A DNA stretch of 64,000 bases, taken from IMG/VR virus record IMGVR_UViG_3300027808_000009, positions 32,001-96,000 of that record; one strand, 5' to 3'. Of the stretch, positions 19,294 to 28,560 are shown one piece after another (position 1 is the first letter of the stretch; each line of letters opens with the position of its first letter). This DNA comes from a virus. The notes below the pieces were generated by a model. That model ran no database searches. It saw only the letters and a program-made list of their open reading frames with translations, and was not told where the DNA came from. The position numbers were made by a program, and so were the translations under genes.

Positions 19294-20910
19294 ATGGCAA
19301 CTCCAGTATTAAATAATGGTATTTTCCTACGTGATACAGCATACAATGCTAGTTCACATGTTGATTCTTACCATTTACAAAACATGCTAAAAGATGCAGA
19401 ACCAATGGATTTAGGTCCAGTAGACTTATGGGCTATGGCTCAAAAAGTTGAAATGCCTTTATATCAGTTGTCTTCTTTTGGTGGAAAAAACGTTATCAAT
19501 GTAGATAACGCACGTGGTGAGTACAAATGGCAAACTCCTGTTTCACAAGATCTTCCTTACATAGTAGAAGATATTGAGCCTAACAACTCAGCTAAAGGTA
19601 TTGAAGGTACAACTTTCAAAATCAAACTTAACAAAAGAGAATTTGGACATGGTGATATCATCACTTATGACAAATACAATGGAGTTGAGATGTACATTAC
19701 TGCTGATGATATCTTACCAATTGGTGACGGATTCATCTATACAGTACAGTTAGTTAACAATGATAACTACAAGTACATTGATAATGCTTATTTAGCTAAT
19801 GGTACTAAAGTATTCCGTAAAGGTTCTGCTAGAGGTGAGTATGGTGAGAGATTCTCAGACATCCAAACTAACACAGGATTCCGTGAATACTATAACTTTG
19901 TTGGTGGTGCTGAAGCTCACGTTCATTACTCTATCTCTTCTAGAGCAGATTTAATGATCAAAGGTGGTATGAATGCAGATGGTACAGTTCCTGTAACTGA
20001 AATCTGGAGATCTCACTTAAAAGGATTAGATCCATCTATTTCATCTTTGGATGATATGGTTAAAGTAATGGGTAAAGACTCAGTTAAAAAAGCATTTGAT
20101 AATGGTGATTTATCAAGAACTTTCTTAACTAACATGGAGGCTGCTCACTTAACTAAGATTGCTTCTGATATTGAGACTTACCTTATGTGGGGTCACGGGG
20201 GTAGAGTACGTCAAGACGGACCAGATGATGTAAGATTATCAGTAGGTTTGTGGAAACAGTTAGATAACTCTTTCAAACGTATCTACAACAAAAACAACTT
20301 TAACTTAGATTTATTCAGAGGAGAGTTATATAACTTCTTCAATGGTAAAGTTGAGTTCCAAGGACCAGATCCTAAACGTCAACTTGTTGTTCAAACAGGT
20401 ATGGGTGGTATGAGAATGGTTAATGAAGCAATTAAACAAGAAGCTATTTCTTCAGGTTTATTGATTCAAGCTGCTGATATTGGTGCTATCACTGGTAAAG
20501 GTATGGACTTAAATTTTGGTTTCTCTTACACTTCTTACGTTATACCATTCTTGGCTAATGTTAAATTTGTATTGAACCCTGCATTTGACAATGTTCACAC
20601 TAATGATATTGAGAACCCTATCATTGATGGTTTCCCATTATCTTCTTACTCATTCATTATCTTTGATATCACAGATAACACTAATGACAACATCTACATG
20701 TTGAAATTATCTTGGGATAATCAATTGAAATGGTGGTACCAAAATGGAACAATGGATTACATGGGTAGATCTCAAGGATTCCAATCTTCTGGACAATTCA
20801 ACGGTTACCGTGTAATGATGTCTCAAACAATGCCAGCTATTTGGGTTAAAGATCCAACTAAAGTATTGAAAATTGTTATGAGAAACCCAATCACAGGTGG
20901 ATCATTCTAA
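19294..20910 (+). CDS. Major capsid protein (HK97 fold, crAss-like)
   Basis: 538 aa after scaffold; high-expression codon bias (TTC, AAC, ATC, CGT); followed by a strong terminator. Confidence 0.88.
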   Translation: MATPVLNNGIFLRDTAYNASSHVDSYHLQNMLKDAEPMDLGPVDLWAMAQKVEMPLYQLSSFGGKNVINVDNARGEYKWQTPVSQDLPYIVEDIEPNNSAKGIEGTTFKIKLNKREFGHGDIITYDKYNGVEMYITADDILPIGDGFIYTVQLVNNDNYKYIDNAYLANGTKVFRKGSARGEYGERFSDIQTNTGFREYYNFVGGAEAHVHYSISSRADLMIKGGMNADGTVPVTEIWRSHLKGLDPSISSLDDMVKVMGKDSVKKAFDNGDLSRTFLTNMEAAHLTKIASDIETYLMWGHGGRVRQDGPDDVRLSVGLWKQLDNSFKRIYNKNNFNLDLFRGELYNFFNGKVEFQGPDPKRQLVVQTGMGGMRMVNEAIKQEAISSGLLIQAADIGAITGKGMDLNFGFSYTSYVIPFLANVKFVLNPAFDNVHTNDIENPIIDGFPLSSYSFIIFDITDNTNDNIYMLKLSWDNQLKWWYQNGTMDYMGRSQGFQSSGQFNGYRVMMSQTMPAIWVKDPTKVLKIVMRNPITGGSF

Positions 20911-20930
20911 TATGTCAAACTAGAAAATAA

Positions 20931-20962
20931 AAAAAGGAGGGGTTAGTTCTCCTCCTTTTTTT
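20931..20962 (+). terminator. Rho-independent terminator after MCP
   Basis: AAAAAGGAGGGG-TTAGTT-CTCCTCCTTTTT stem plus T-tract. Confidence 0.85.
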
Positions 20963-21001
20963 ATATATTTACAATTATAAACATTTTAAAACCAACACAA
21001 A

Positions 21002-22012
21002 ATGGAATTTACACACGTAGAAGTATTTAACACAAACAAGAGTAACAAGATCTCAATCAAACCTTACTTTGACAATTCAATGTCAAACATGGGATTAGAA
21101 CATTATGGCCAATCATTATTTGATGGTGTAAAACATTATGAGCAACTTGCTTGTTTAGAGCAAAATGGAGTAGTAAGATATGTAACAGGATTGAATGAAT
21201 TTGCTCCTGAGATTAGATTATTACCAGCAGAAGAAAAAGCTGCAAAATCAAGAGAAATCAGAATTGCCGTTGCTGAACTAGAGAAAGAACTAGCAGCTAA
21301 TGTATTGGATGTAGAGAGTCCAACATTCTGGAATGAGGTAAAATTGCTTAAACCAGATAACAAAGAATTCTGGAATAAGATTACAATGTCATGTGGTAAT
21401 GATCCAGTATTTCTAGATCCTGCAAATCCATATGATAGAATAAAACTATATGCTGTTGAAGCTGGTGGATTCTCACTTATATCAAGAAGTTATGATGATG
21501 CAAGATCAAAAGCAGTACCGCCAAAATTTTACTTGGATAAAGTAACTGAAACAAGTGGTATTAAAACTGAATACAAAAAACTTAAAAATAAAGCACTTGC
21601 TGAATTACAAAAACTATTTGATAAAAATAGTACTAAGTTATTCTATATTGCTAAGTCTGTTGATACAGCTAGTGTACAGTATAAAAAACATACACCTAAT
21701 GATGTTATCTATGACAACATGGATAGACATATTAATGGTGAAGGTACAGAAGGTAATAAAGAAAGAGCTGCAAAAGGTTTCTTAGAAGCTGCTGCTTTAG
21801 ACATGGAGTCATTAAAAATCAAAGCAATTGTTAAAGATTCCATATTTTTTAAGTATATTATAAATAAGGCAGATGGTTATATTTATCATGCTAAGTCTAA
21901 TAGCTTACTTGGTAGAAATGTATCAGATGTAATTGAGTTTTTGAAAAGTCCTTTAAATGAGGATGTTTTAAAAGACTTAAACGCACAGGTTGAAAAACTG
22001 TGGAATATGTAA
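21002..22012 (+). CDS. Conserved crAss-like protein downstream of MCP (336 aa)
   Basis: Position directly after MCP; helical protein. Function not assignable from sequence alone. Confidence 0.55.
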   Translation: MEFTHVEVFNTNKSNKISIKPYFDNSMSNMGLEHYGQSLFDGVKHYEQLACLEQNGVVRYVTGLNEFAPEIRLLPAEEKAAKSREIRIAVAELEKELAANVLDVESPTFWNEVKLLKPDNKEFWNKITMSCGNDPVFLDPANPYDRIKLYAVEAGGFSLISRSYDDARSKAVPPKFYLDKVTETSGIKTEYKKLKNKALAELQKLFDKNSTKLFYIAKSVDTASVQYKKHTPNDVIYDNMDRHINGEGTEGNKERAAKGFLEAAALDMESLKIKAIVKDSIFFKYIINKADGYIYHAKSNSLLGRNVSDVIEFLKSPLNEDVLKDLNAQVEKLWNM

Positions 22013-22022
22013 ATAACTCTAG

Positions 22023-22052
22023 AGTATACCAGTAATGCTGGTATACTTTTTT
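22023..22052 (+). terminator. Rho-independent terminator
   Basis: AGTATACCAG-TAATG-CTGGTATACT perfect stem plus T-tract. Confidence 0.8.
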
Positions 22053-22065
22053 AAAACTATATATC

Positions 22066-22236
22066 ATGGCTAACGCAAAAGTAAACGCACAAAAAGTTGC
22101 AACAGGGAGAGTAGGTGGAACCAACGCTCCAGTATATGCATTAAAAAATGCAGGTGGAAAAACACCAGGTAAAGTTAACAAACCACAAGCTTCACCTAAA
22201 ATGAAAATGGGTGGTAGTAAAGGTAAAAAATGTTAA
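22066..22236 (+). CDS. Small basic protein (56 aa, MANAKVNAQK...PKMKMGGSKGKKC), absent from ORF track
   Basis: ATG 22066 to TAA 22234-22236; K/G-rich; carries the MKxGG motif shared with downstream genes. Confidence 0.75.
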   Translation: MANAKVNAQKVATGRVGGTNAPVYALKNAGGKTPGKVNKPQASPKMKMGGSKGKKC

Positions 22237-22247
22237 TCTGAAAGATC

Positions 22248-23537
22248 ATGGCTAGTAAAATTAATCCTAAAGGTATTTCAAACCTTAAACCAAAAGGACC
22301 AAATCCAAAGGGTATAAATAAAGTATCTCCTGCAGCAAAAATTAATCCAAAAGGTATTAACCCAAATGGTATTAATCAAACTAGACCTGGAGTTAATTCT
22401 GGTGGAATTAATCCTGGTGGAATAAACCCATCTTCATCTAACAGAACTAGTAAACCTGTAAAATCTATGCAAAAACCTGTTAGGTCAAGTGCTAAACCAG
22501 TACGCTCAGGATCTACATCTTCTACTAAAGCACCAGCTCCAAAAGCAACTACCGTTACAAAAACAGAACCTTTATCTTCTAAAACTGCAAATAGAACTAG
22601 TAGACCAGTAAGATCAGGAGCAAAACCAGTACGTACAGGAAGTAAACCAGTTAGAACAGGAAGTAAACAAATCAAGACTGGTAAAGGTACAAGTTTTAAA
22701 TCAGCACCAAAACCAGTTTCAGGTTCAACATCAGTAGCACCAAAATCTAATGTAGGAAGTGGAATTAGTAAATTAAAGGGTGCAGCTGGAAAATTAAAAG
22801 GTGTTGCAGGTAAAGCAGCAGGTGCCGCAGCATTAGTACAACTTGGTTCAATGGTTTATAATGATGTCAATGAACGTTCAAAAGCAATGTTTAAAAGAGT
22901 AAAAGCTAAAGAAGAAAAAGCTAAAAAAGATAAAAAAGCTAATGATAATAATAATGCTGATAAAAGTAAAGTTGCTGGAAAAGATAAATGGGGAAGATCT
23001 CCATCAGATAAATGGTATGGATTTAATCCAGAAAAGAAAAAGTATGAAGCTCCAACAGTAAAGAAAGAAGATAATAAAAAATCTGATACTAAAGTTGAAG
23101 TTAAAAAACCTGTTGTAACTCCAAAAGTTACTACACCAAAAACTACAACTCCTGCAGTTAAAAAAGCTGAACCAGTTGGTACATTAGCTCCTAAGTCTAC
23201 TTCAACAATTGCTAGTAAATCATTAGAAGAAGCTAAAACAGTTACACCAGCTAAAACTACTACTACCACTACTCCTGCAAGTACAACAGCTACTACAAGT
23301 TCAACTAGTACATCTAGTACAACTTCTCCAACAGTAACAGGTATGCAACCGAGAGCTACAATTGGAAATAAGATTAGAGGTATGTTAAATGAGAGTAGAG
23401 AAAGAAGAGCAGGAAGAGCTGCTTCAAGGGGTAATGAAGATAGATCAGAAAGACTAAAAGAAAAGATTTCTGCTACAGAGAAAAAAATGATGATGAAAAA
23501 AGGTGGTGTAGTTAAATATAAATCTAAAAAGAAATAA
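22248..23537 (+). CDS. Very basic low-complexity repeat protein (429 aa), putative internal DNA-condensing protein
   Basis: NPKGIN/NPGGIN and KPVRSG/KPVRTG repeats; K/T/S/P-rich; ends MMMKKGGVVKYKSKKK. Confidence 0.6.
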   Translation: MASKINPKGISNLKPKGPNPKGINKVSPAAKINPKGINPNGINQTRPGVNSGGINPGGINPSSSNRTSKPVKSMQKPVRSSAKPVRSGSTSSTKAPAPKATTVTKTEPLSSKTANRTSRPVRSGAKPVRTGSKPVRTGSKQIKTGKGTSFKSAPKPVSGSTSVAPKSNVGSGISKLKGAAGKLKGVAGKAAGAAALVQLGSMVYNDVNERSKAMFKRVKAKEEKAKKDKKANDNNNADKSKVAGKDKWGRSPSDKWYGFNPEKKKYEAPTVKKEDNKKSDTKVEVKKPVVTPKVTTPKTTTPAVKKAEPVGTLAPKSTSTIASKSLEEAKTVTPAKTTTTTTPASTTATTSSTSTSSTTSPTVTGMQPRATIGNKIRGMLNESRERRAGRAASRGNEDRSERLKEKISATEKKMMMKKGGVVKYKSKKK

Positions 23538-23539
23538 TC

Positions 23540-24055
23540 ATGAAAAAGTTAGGATGCGCAAAATGCGGTGGTACTAAAAAAATGAAACTCGGTGGTACTA
23601 ATAATGTTAATATTAGTAAACCAGGTGCAGGTTTTGCAAAAGAAACCAAAGGTGATACTAATCAAAAGATGGGTATTTATGGTATTGCTCAAACTGGCCC
23701 AACTGGTCCAAATAATTCTGGTATTGCTACCATGAAAAAAGGTGGTACTAAAAAAGAACATCCAATTACTACTTTTAGAAAAGCTAATGATGCTAGAAAT
23801 GCAATGGTAATGAAATCTTTACCTAAAGCAAAAGACGGTGTGTCAACTCTTGCTACTGAATTATATGGTACGAAAAAAGAAACTATTGGTAAAAATGTAA
23901 ATACCAATAGAGTACTTGATAATAAAGGTAGAATAATAGGTTCTAGACCTACAAAAATGTCTACAAGTTCTAAAATTTCAGGTAATAACTCTAATGTTAC
24001 TAATACTCCTCTTTTTAAAAAGAAAGGTGGAGTAGTTAAATCTAAAAAGAAATAG
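23540..24055 (+). CDS. Basic low-complexity protein (171 aa) with multiple MKxGG motifs
   Basis: MKLGG and MKKGG motifs; ends KKKGGVVKSKKK. Confidence 0.65.
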   Translation: MKKLGCAKCGGTKKMKLGGTNNVNISKPGAGFAKETKGDTNQKMGIYGIAQTGPTGPNNSGIATMKKGGTKKEHPITTFRKANDARNAMVMKSLPKAKDGVSTLATELYGTKKETIGKNVNTNRVLDNKGRIIGSRPTKMSTSSKISGNNSNVTNTPLFKKKGGVVKSKKK

Positions 24056-24057
24056 TC

Positions 24058-24435
24058 ATGGCAACTACTAATAGAGCAGTTAAAACATCTTGCAAAAATA
24101 CTAAAGTAAGAACAGCTGCAGGTGCATGTGCTCCTGAAAGAAAACCTATGATGAAATCTGGTGGAACTAGTCCATTTGGTATTCTATCTATTATAGCTGG
24201 TATAGATAATAATCCTGGTAAATCTAAAGCAGATAGAATCGCTGGTGCAAAAATGAACAATAAGACAATGAAAGCTGGAGGTACTACACATCCAGGTTTC
24301 AAATCTGTACAATCTAAGATTGCTGCTAAACAAGGTGTAAGTAAACAAGCTGCTGGAGCTATACTAGCTTCATCAACTAGAAAAGCTAGTGCTAAAGCTA
24401 AATCTGCTAATCCTAGACTTAAAAAAGTAAAATAA
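24058..24435 (+). CDS. Basic protein (125 aa) with MKSGG/MKAGG motifs
   Basis: K/A-rich; HPGFKSVQSKIAAKQGVSKQAAGAILASSTR helical block. Confidence 0.65.
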   Translation: MATTNRAVKTSCKNTKVRTAAGACAPERKPMMKSGGTSPFGILSIIAGIDNNPGKSKADRIAGAKMNNKTMKAGGTTHPGFKSVQSKIAAKQGVSKQAAGAILASSTRKASAKAKSANPRLKKVK

Positions 24436-24440
24436 TTGTT

Positions 24441-24779
24441 ATGCCAAAAGATGCTTGTTATAGTAAAGTAAAATCTTCTTATGCTGTGTTTCCATCAGCA
24501 AGAGCTTCTCAAGCTATTGCTAAATGTAGGAAAGGTTCAGGTACTGTTAGAAAAACAGAAGCTGGTACTAAACTTAAAAGATGGCAAGCAGAAAAGTGGC
24601 AAGATACAAAATCAGGAAAAGCTTGTGGGGCTGGTGGTAAAAATGAATACTGCCGGCCAACTAAGAAAGTATCTAAGGATACACCTAAAACTAAGTATGA
24701 ACTTACTCCTTCTAAACTAGCTGCAAAGAAAGCTGAAAAGTCTAAAGTAGGTATGGGTAGAAGAGTTAAAAATGTATAG
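24441..24779 (+). CDS. Basic phage protein of a widespread family (KDACYSKVK...LKRWQAEKW; recalled as DUF5872-like)
   Basis: Motifs KDACY..VK...FPSA.AS..IAKCRK and LKRW..EKW.D.KSGK.CG...YCRP are familiar from environmental phage proteins; the family name is from memory and unverified. Confidence 0.55.
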   Translation: MPKDACYSKVKSSYAVFPSARASQAIAKCRKGSGTVRKTEAGTKLKRWQAEKWQDTKSGKACGAGGKNEYCRPTKKVSKDTPKTKYELTPSKLAAKKAEKSKVGMGRRVKNV

Positions 24780-24781
24780 TT

Positions 24782-25342
24782 ATGGCAACTAAAGTTAAAC
24801 TTACTACAGGTACTGAAAAGCATGTAGTATATAAAAAGACTACTAAAAGAGGTGAAGGTAAAGTTGGTGATATCATGGTGAATCATACAAATAAAAATAA
24901 AGGTTCATATGATACTATTAGCTTAACTAGAACAGCAAATGCTAAAACTGTTAAGCAAGGTGTTAAAGCTGAAAAGGATTGGCATAAGCAAAATGATAAA
25001 ATACCTAAAGGTTCTCATAAAATGCCTGATGGTACTATTATGAAAAATAGTGCACATAAAATGAAGACTGGAGGAACTACTGCAGCTTGGACACGCAAGG
25101 AAGGTAAAAATCAAACAGGTGGTTTAAATGCTAAAGGAGTAGCTTCTTATAGAGCTGCTAATCCTGGTAGTAAACTTAAGATGGCTGTTACAACTAAACC
25201 TTCTAAACTTAATCCTGATAGCAAAGATGCTAAGAGACGTAAAAGTTTTTGTGCAAGAATGTCAGGGATGCCAGGTCCTGCTAAAAAACCAAATGGAGAA
25301 CCAACAAGAAAAACTCTTGCTTTAAGAAAGTGGAACTGTTAA
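24782..25342 (+). CDS. Basic phage protein (AWTRKEGKN...RRKSFCARM...LRKWNC; recalled as DUF6321-like) with HKMPDG motif
   Basis: C-terminal domain familiar from environmental phages, preceded by MKTGG; family name from memory, unverified. Confidence 0.55.
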   Translation: MATKVKLTTGTEKHVVYKKTTKRGEGKVGDIMVNHTNKNKGSYDTISLTRTANAKTVKQGVKAEKDWHKQNDKIPKGSHKMPDGTIMKNSAHKMKTGGTTAAWTRKEGKNQTGGLNAKGVASYRAANPGSKLKMAVTTKPSKLNPDSKDAKRRKSFCARMSGMPGPAKKPNGEPTRKTLALRKWNC

Positions 25343-25354
25343 AATAAATAACAA

Positions 25355-26053
25355 ATGCAGAATAGTGTATTAGTAATAAAAGTAAAGCAGCGTTTAAATA
25401 AATTGGACAGCCAAGATTACGATAACATAGAGTGCTGGCAAGTTGTAGAGGCGTTTAATAAAGCTCAAGTAGAATGGGTTAGAAGACAACTTCATGGTAT
25501 TAATATTGTGAAAGAAGGTGATGAGCAATCAACTAGAAGAATAGATGATTTACAAATATTACTAGGAACTATTGATGTGCCATTTGTTAAAGGTGATATA
25601 TCATCTTACTCTGACTTACCAACTAATTATCTACAATGGAAACGTGTAGATATTATAGCTAAGAAAGGATGTTGTGATGATAGAAGAATGTCAGTGTATC
25701 TTGCAGAGGAAGGTAACTTAAATCAGTTACTTTTTGATAATGCTAAAAGACCTAGTTTTGAGTGGGCAGAAACATTTGCTACTTTAAAGAGTAATAAAGT
25801 TAATGTATACACTAATAATGATTTTGATATTAGTTCTGGTGCATTAACATATTTTAGACAACCGGTAAGAATAGAAGTACTAGGTTGTGTAGATCCTTAT
25901 ACAAGTGTTCAAACTACAGTAAATGTAGAATGTGAATTTAAAGATGATATTGTAGAAGTACTAATAGATGAAGCAGCAAGTATTCTAGCTGGTGATATTG
26001 AATCTGGTAACCAATTCTCTAGAGGAACAGAGACAGCAGAAAGAAACAATTAA
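25355..26053 (+). CDS. Putative head-tail connector / tail ring protein
   Basis: 232 aa; pattern (N-terminal helices, central beta-sandwich with YFRQP, terminal helix VEVLIDEAASILAG) like P22 gp4-type/crAss ring proteins. Confidence 0.55.
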   Translation: MQNSVLVIKVKQRLNKLDSQDYDNIECWQVVEAFNKAQVEWVRRQLHGINIVKEGDEQSTRRIDDLQILLGTIDVPFVKGDISSYSDLPTNYLQWKRVDIIAKKGCCDDRRMSVYLAEEGNLNQLLFDNAKRPSFEWAETFATLKSNKVNVYTNNDFDISSGALTYFRQPVRIEVLGCVDPYTSVQTTVNVECEFKDDIVEVLIDEAASILAGDIESGNQFSRGTETAERNN

Positions 26054-26064
26054 TATTTATAACA

Positions 26065-26562
26065 ATGGAACAAACAAGAATGCTAAAAAGAAATACTGAT
26101 ACTACAAAAATTAGTAGACCTCAACCTAAAGTTGAGCAAGCTAAACCTGAACCTGTTATAAATTCTGGTGTAGGTGGTAGTTCATTAGATACAATGGTTG
26201 CTGCTTGTGCTACTGAATTAATGAATGCAAGAACAAGTATTCATAAATTACATTTAAAAGTAACAGGAGAGGGATCCTTTGCAGCACATACAGCATTGAA
26301 TGAATTATATGATGCTTTACCAGGACATGCAGATACTCTTGTAGAAGGATATCAAGGAGCAGCTGAAAAAATTCTTTCTTATAGTGAAGTAGCTCCAAGA
26401 ACTCTTGACACTGTAGTAGATGGTGTAAATTATCTTAGAGACATTTATGCAATGATAAATAAATTACAAGGTAAACTACCTTATTCAGAAATAGTAAATA
26501 ACCTAGATCTTGTTAAAGATTCTATTAATTCTGCTAAATACAAATTATTATTTTTAAAATAA
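26065..26562 (+). CDS. Dps/ferritin-like four-helix-bundle protein
   Basis: HKLHLKVTGEGSFAAHTALNELYD...ADTLVE matches the Dps H..(W)..G..F...H...E.Y......D...E ferroxidase pattern. Confidence 0.75.
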   Translation: MEQTRMLKRNTDTTKISRPQPKVEQAKPEPVINSGVGGSSLDTMVAACATELMNARTSIHKLHLKVTGEGSFAAHTALNELYDALPGHADTLVEGYQGAAEKILSYSEVAPRTLDTVVDGVNYLRDIYAMINKLQGKLPYSEIVNNLDLVKDSINSAKYKLLFLK

Positions 26563-26624
26563 TTTTGCTAAAACAAAATGTTTTAGTATATTATATATAT
26601 GTTTATAAATTAAAATTAAAAATT

Positions 26625-27929
26625 ATGGCTTATTTTAATCATGCCTTTCAAAAGGCTTTTGTTGGAACACAAGGTTTCACAAATCTTAATGATGGACAAT
26701 TAGGAACACCAGGTAACATTCTTACTACAGGTGATTTTGCTTTTGTTGATCCAAAAACTTGGGATATTGTTAATATTAACTCAGCACCTTCAGGATGTTG
26801 CCCATTAATTCTTGCTTCAGGATCATTGTATTCTAAAGATAAGATTGGTTCTCATGGTGGGTACTTAGAATCTAACAAATCTAAAACTATTAATCCTAAA
26901 TACATTAATAGATTTTACAGAGTAGATCCTAATCCAGCTCAACAAAATGTAATTAACATTGGATTCACTCCATTTACTGCAGCACAAGGTGGTTCATGTG
27001 AGAGAGATTTTTTATGTGATGAGACTTATTCTTTACGTATTGACGTTAAAGGTTCTCCAGCATTAAGATTCTTAAATCACAATGCTTACTTAACTGTTGA
27101 AGCTTACACAGGATGTTGTCCAGCAGGTTCAATTGCTCCAGTAGATGTTGATGGTACTTTAGTAATGATCCAATGGGCTCAAGCAATTGTTGGTGAGATT
27201 TTACCAAATACAATTGTTAATTCAGCAAGAACAATTATCTCTCCATTTGTATTACCAGTAGTTACTGCTGAAGATAATTCTTTATGGTATGCTCCAGGAA
27301 CTGTTACTGCAGGTTTAGTAGCTCCAGCTGGTTACACTATCGGTGGTACTTGGGATAACTATGTATCTCCAGGACACGTAGTAGGTCAATACGCAGGTAT
27401 TACTTTATTTGGTGCTTATGTTGGAACTGATTTCAGTGACTGTACATTCCAAACTTCTGACTTCTTTGAAAAAGAGCCAGTTAAATTGTATGCTTCTTTA
27501 GTTGATTATAATGGTGCTCCATGTGAATTTGAAGGATTATGTGTTGTTACTGAGTGTACAGGTTTACAAGCAATGGGTCTTGGTGAATCAGTTGCAAGAG
27601 ATGTAATCTTATCTGAAAGATACAGACAAAACTTCTTTGCTACAGATTTAAGAATCAGAGAGGTGACTCAAGGAAATGAGATTTTAAATACTATCAATAG
27701 AACAGCTTTCTATACAAGATACTATTTACAACATTCAGTTCCACGTTTCAATAACCCAACTGGTACATTTGATAATGATCAATACTTATTAGAGATTATC
27801 ACTGATGGTCCTGATTCAACATTTGAACAATTTGTTGCTTCATGGACTGATAACTGTGGTCAATGTATTGAGTTAGAAGTAATTGAAGCTATCACAGCTT
27901 GTGTTCCTTTAATTGACATTACTGCTTAA
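26625..27929 (+). CDS. Abundant structural protein, probable auxiliary capsid protein (434 aa; start ATG 26625)
   Basis: MCP-like codon bias, its own upstream promoter-like region and a terminator resembling the MCP terminator. The track start at TTG 26565 runs through the promoter. Confidence 0.6.
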   Translation: MAYFNHAFQKAFVGTQGFTNLNDGQLGTPGNILTTGDFAFVDPKTWDIVNINSAPSGCCPLILASGSLYSKDKIGSHGGYLESNKSKTINPKYINRFYRVDPNPAQQNVINIGFTPFTAAQGGSCERDFLCDETYSLRIDVKGSPALRFLNHNAYLTVEAYTGCCPAGSIAPVDVDGTLVMIQWAQAIVGEILPNTIVNSARTIISPFVLPVVTAEDNSLWYAPGTVTAGLVAPAGYTIGGTWDNYVSPGHVVGQYAGITLFGAYVGTDFSDCTFQTSDFFEKEPVKLYASLVDYNGAPCEFEGLCVVTECTGLQAMGLGESVARDVILSERYRQNFFATDLRIREVTQGNEILNTINRTAFYTRYYLQHSVPRFNNPTGTFDNDQYLLEIITDGPDSTFEQFVASWTDNCGQCIELEVIEAITACVPLIDITA

Positions 27930-27954
27930 TAAGTAGATGACTTACAATACTAAC

Positions 27955-27989
27955 AAAGGGAGGTGAATTAGTTTTCCCTCCCTTTTTTT
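27955..27989 (+). terminator. Rho-independent terminator
   Basis: AAAGGGAGG...CCTCCCTTT stem plus T-tract. Confidence 0.8.
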
Positions 27990-27999
27990 ATAAATAATT

Positions 28000-28542
28000 A
28001 TGGCACATCATATATTAAGTTTAGAAATACCAACTGTATTAAATACATGTATAATGTCAGTACTTGATACAAGTGTATATACACAATCAATTACTGTATC
28101 ATGTCCTGCATTAAATGTAACAGTACCAGGATTTAATTACTCAACACAACTTACAATTGTACCAGGAGATAATACAATTCTTACAGCATGTGATTTACAG
28201 TTACAAACACAAAACTGTGCAACTGTTTTAAGTGATCTACCAGATGGTATATATGCATTTAAGTATAGTGTATCACCAAATGATTTAGTATTTGTAGAGT
28301 ATAATCATTTAAGAATATCTAAAGCATTAAATACTTATAATACTATTTTATGTAATTTAGATCTTGCTGCGTGTGAGCCACCAGCAAATATTAAACAAAA
28401 GCTGGAAAAATTAAAAATGGCAAAAATGTACTTGGATGCTGCTAAAGCAAAAGTAGAGTTCTGTCATGAACCAGGAAATGGAATGTCTCTTTACAACTAT
28501 GCTGTAAAGTTGATGAAAAAGATTGAGTGTAAAAATTGTTAA
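28000..28542 (+). CDS. Putative structural protein (180 aa), Ig-like N-terminus plus helical C-terminus
   Basis: LPDGIYAFKYSVSP beta motif; context between capsid and fibre genes. Confidence 0.5.
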   Translation: MAHHILSLEIPTVLNTCIMSVLDTSVYTQSITVSCPALNVTVPGFNYSTQLTIVPGDNTILTACDLQLQTQNCATVLSDLPDGIYAFKYSVSPNDLVFVEYNHLRISKALNTYNTILCNLDLAACEPPANIKQKLEKLKMAKMYLDAAKAKVEFCHEPGNGMSLYNYAVKLMKKIECKNC

Positions 28543-28560
28543 CCCTTAAAAACCAACAAG

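Noticed and set aside
401-26624. Track starts at 401, 8940 and 26565
   Set aside because: The extensions run through terminator or promoter-like AT-rich DNA and translate as I/Y/F-rich nonsense; ATGs at 470, 8973 and 26625 have typical leaders.
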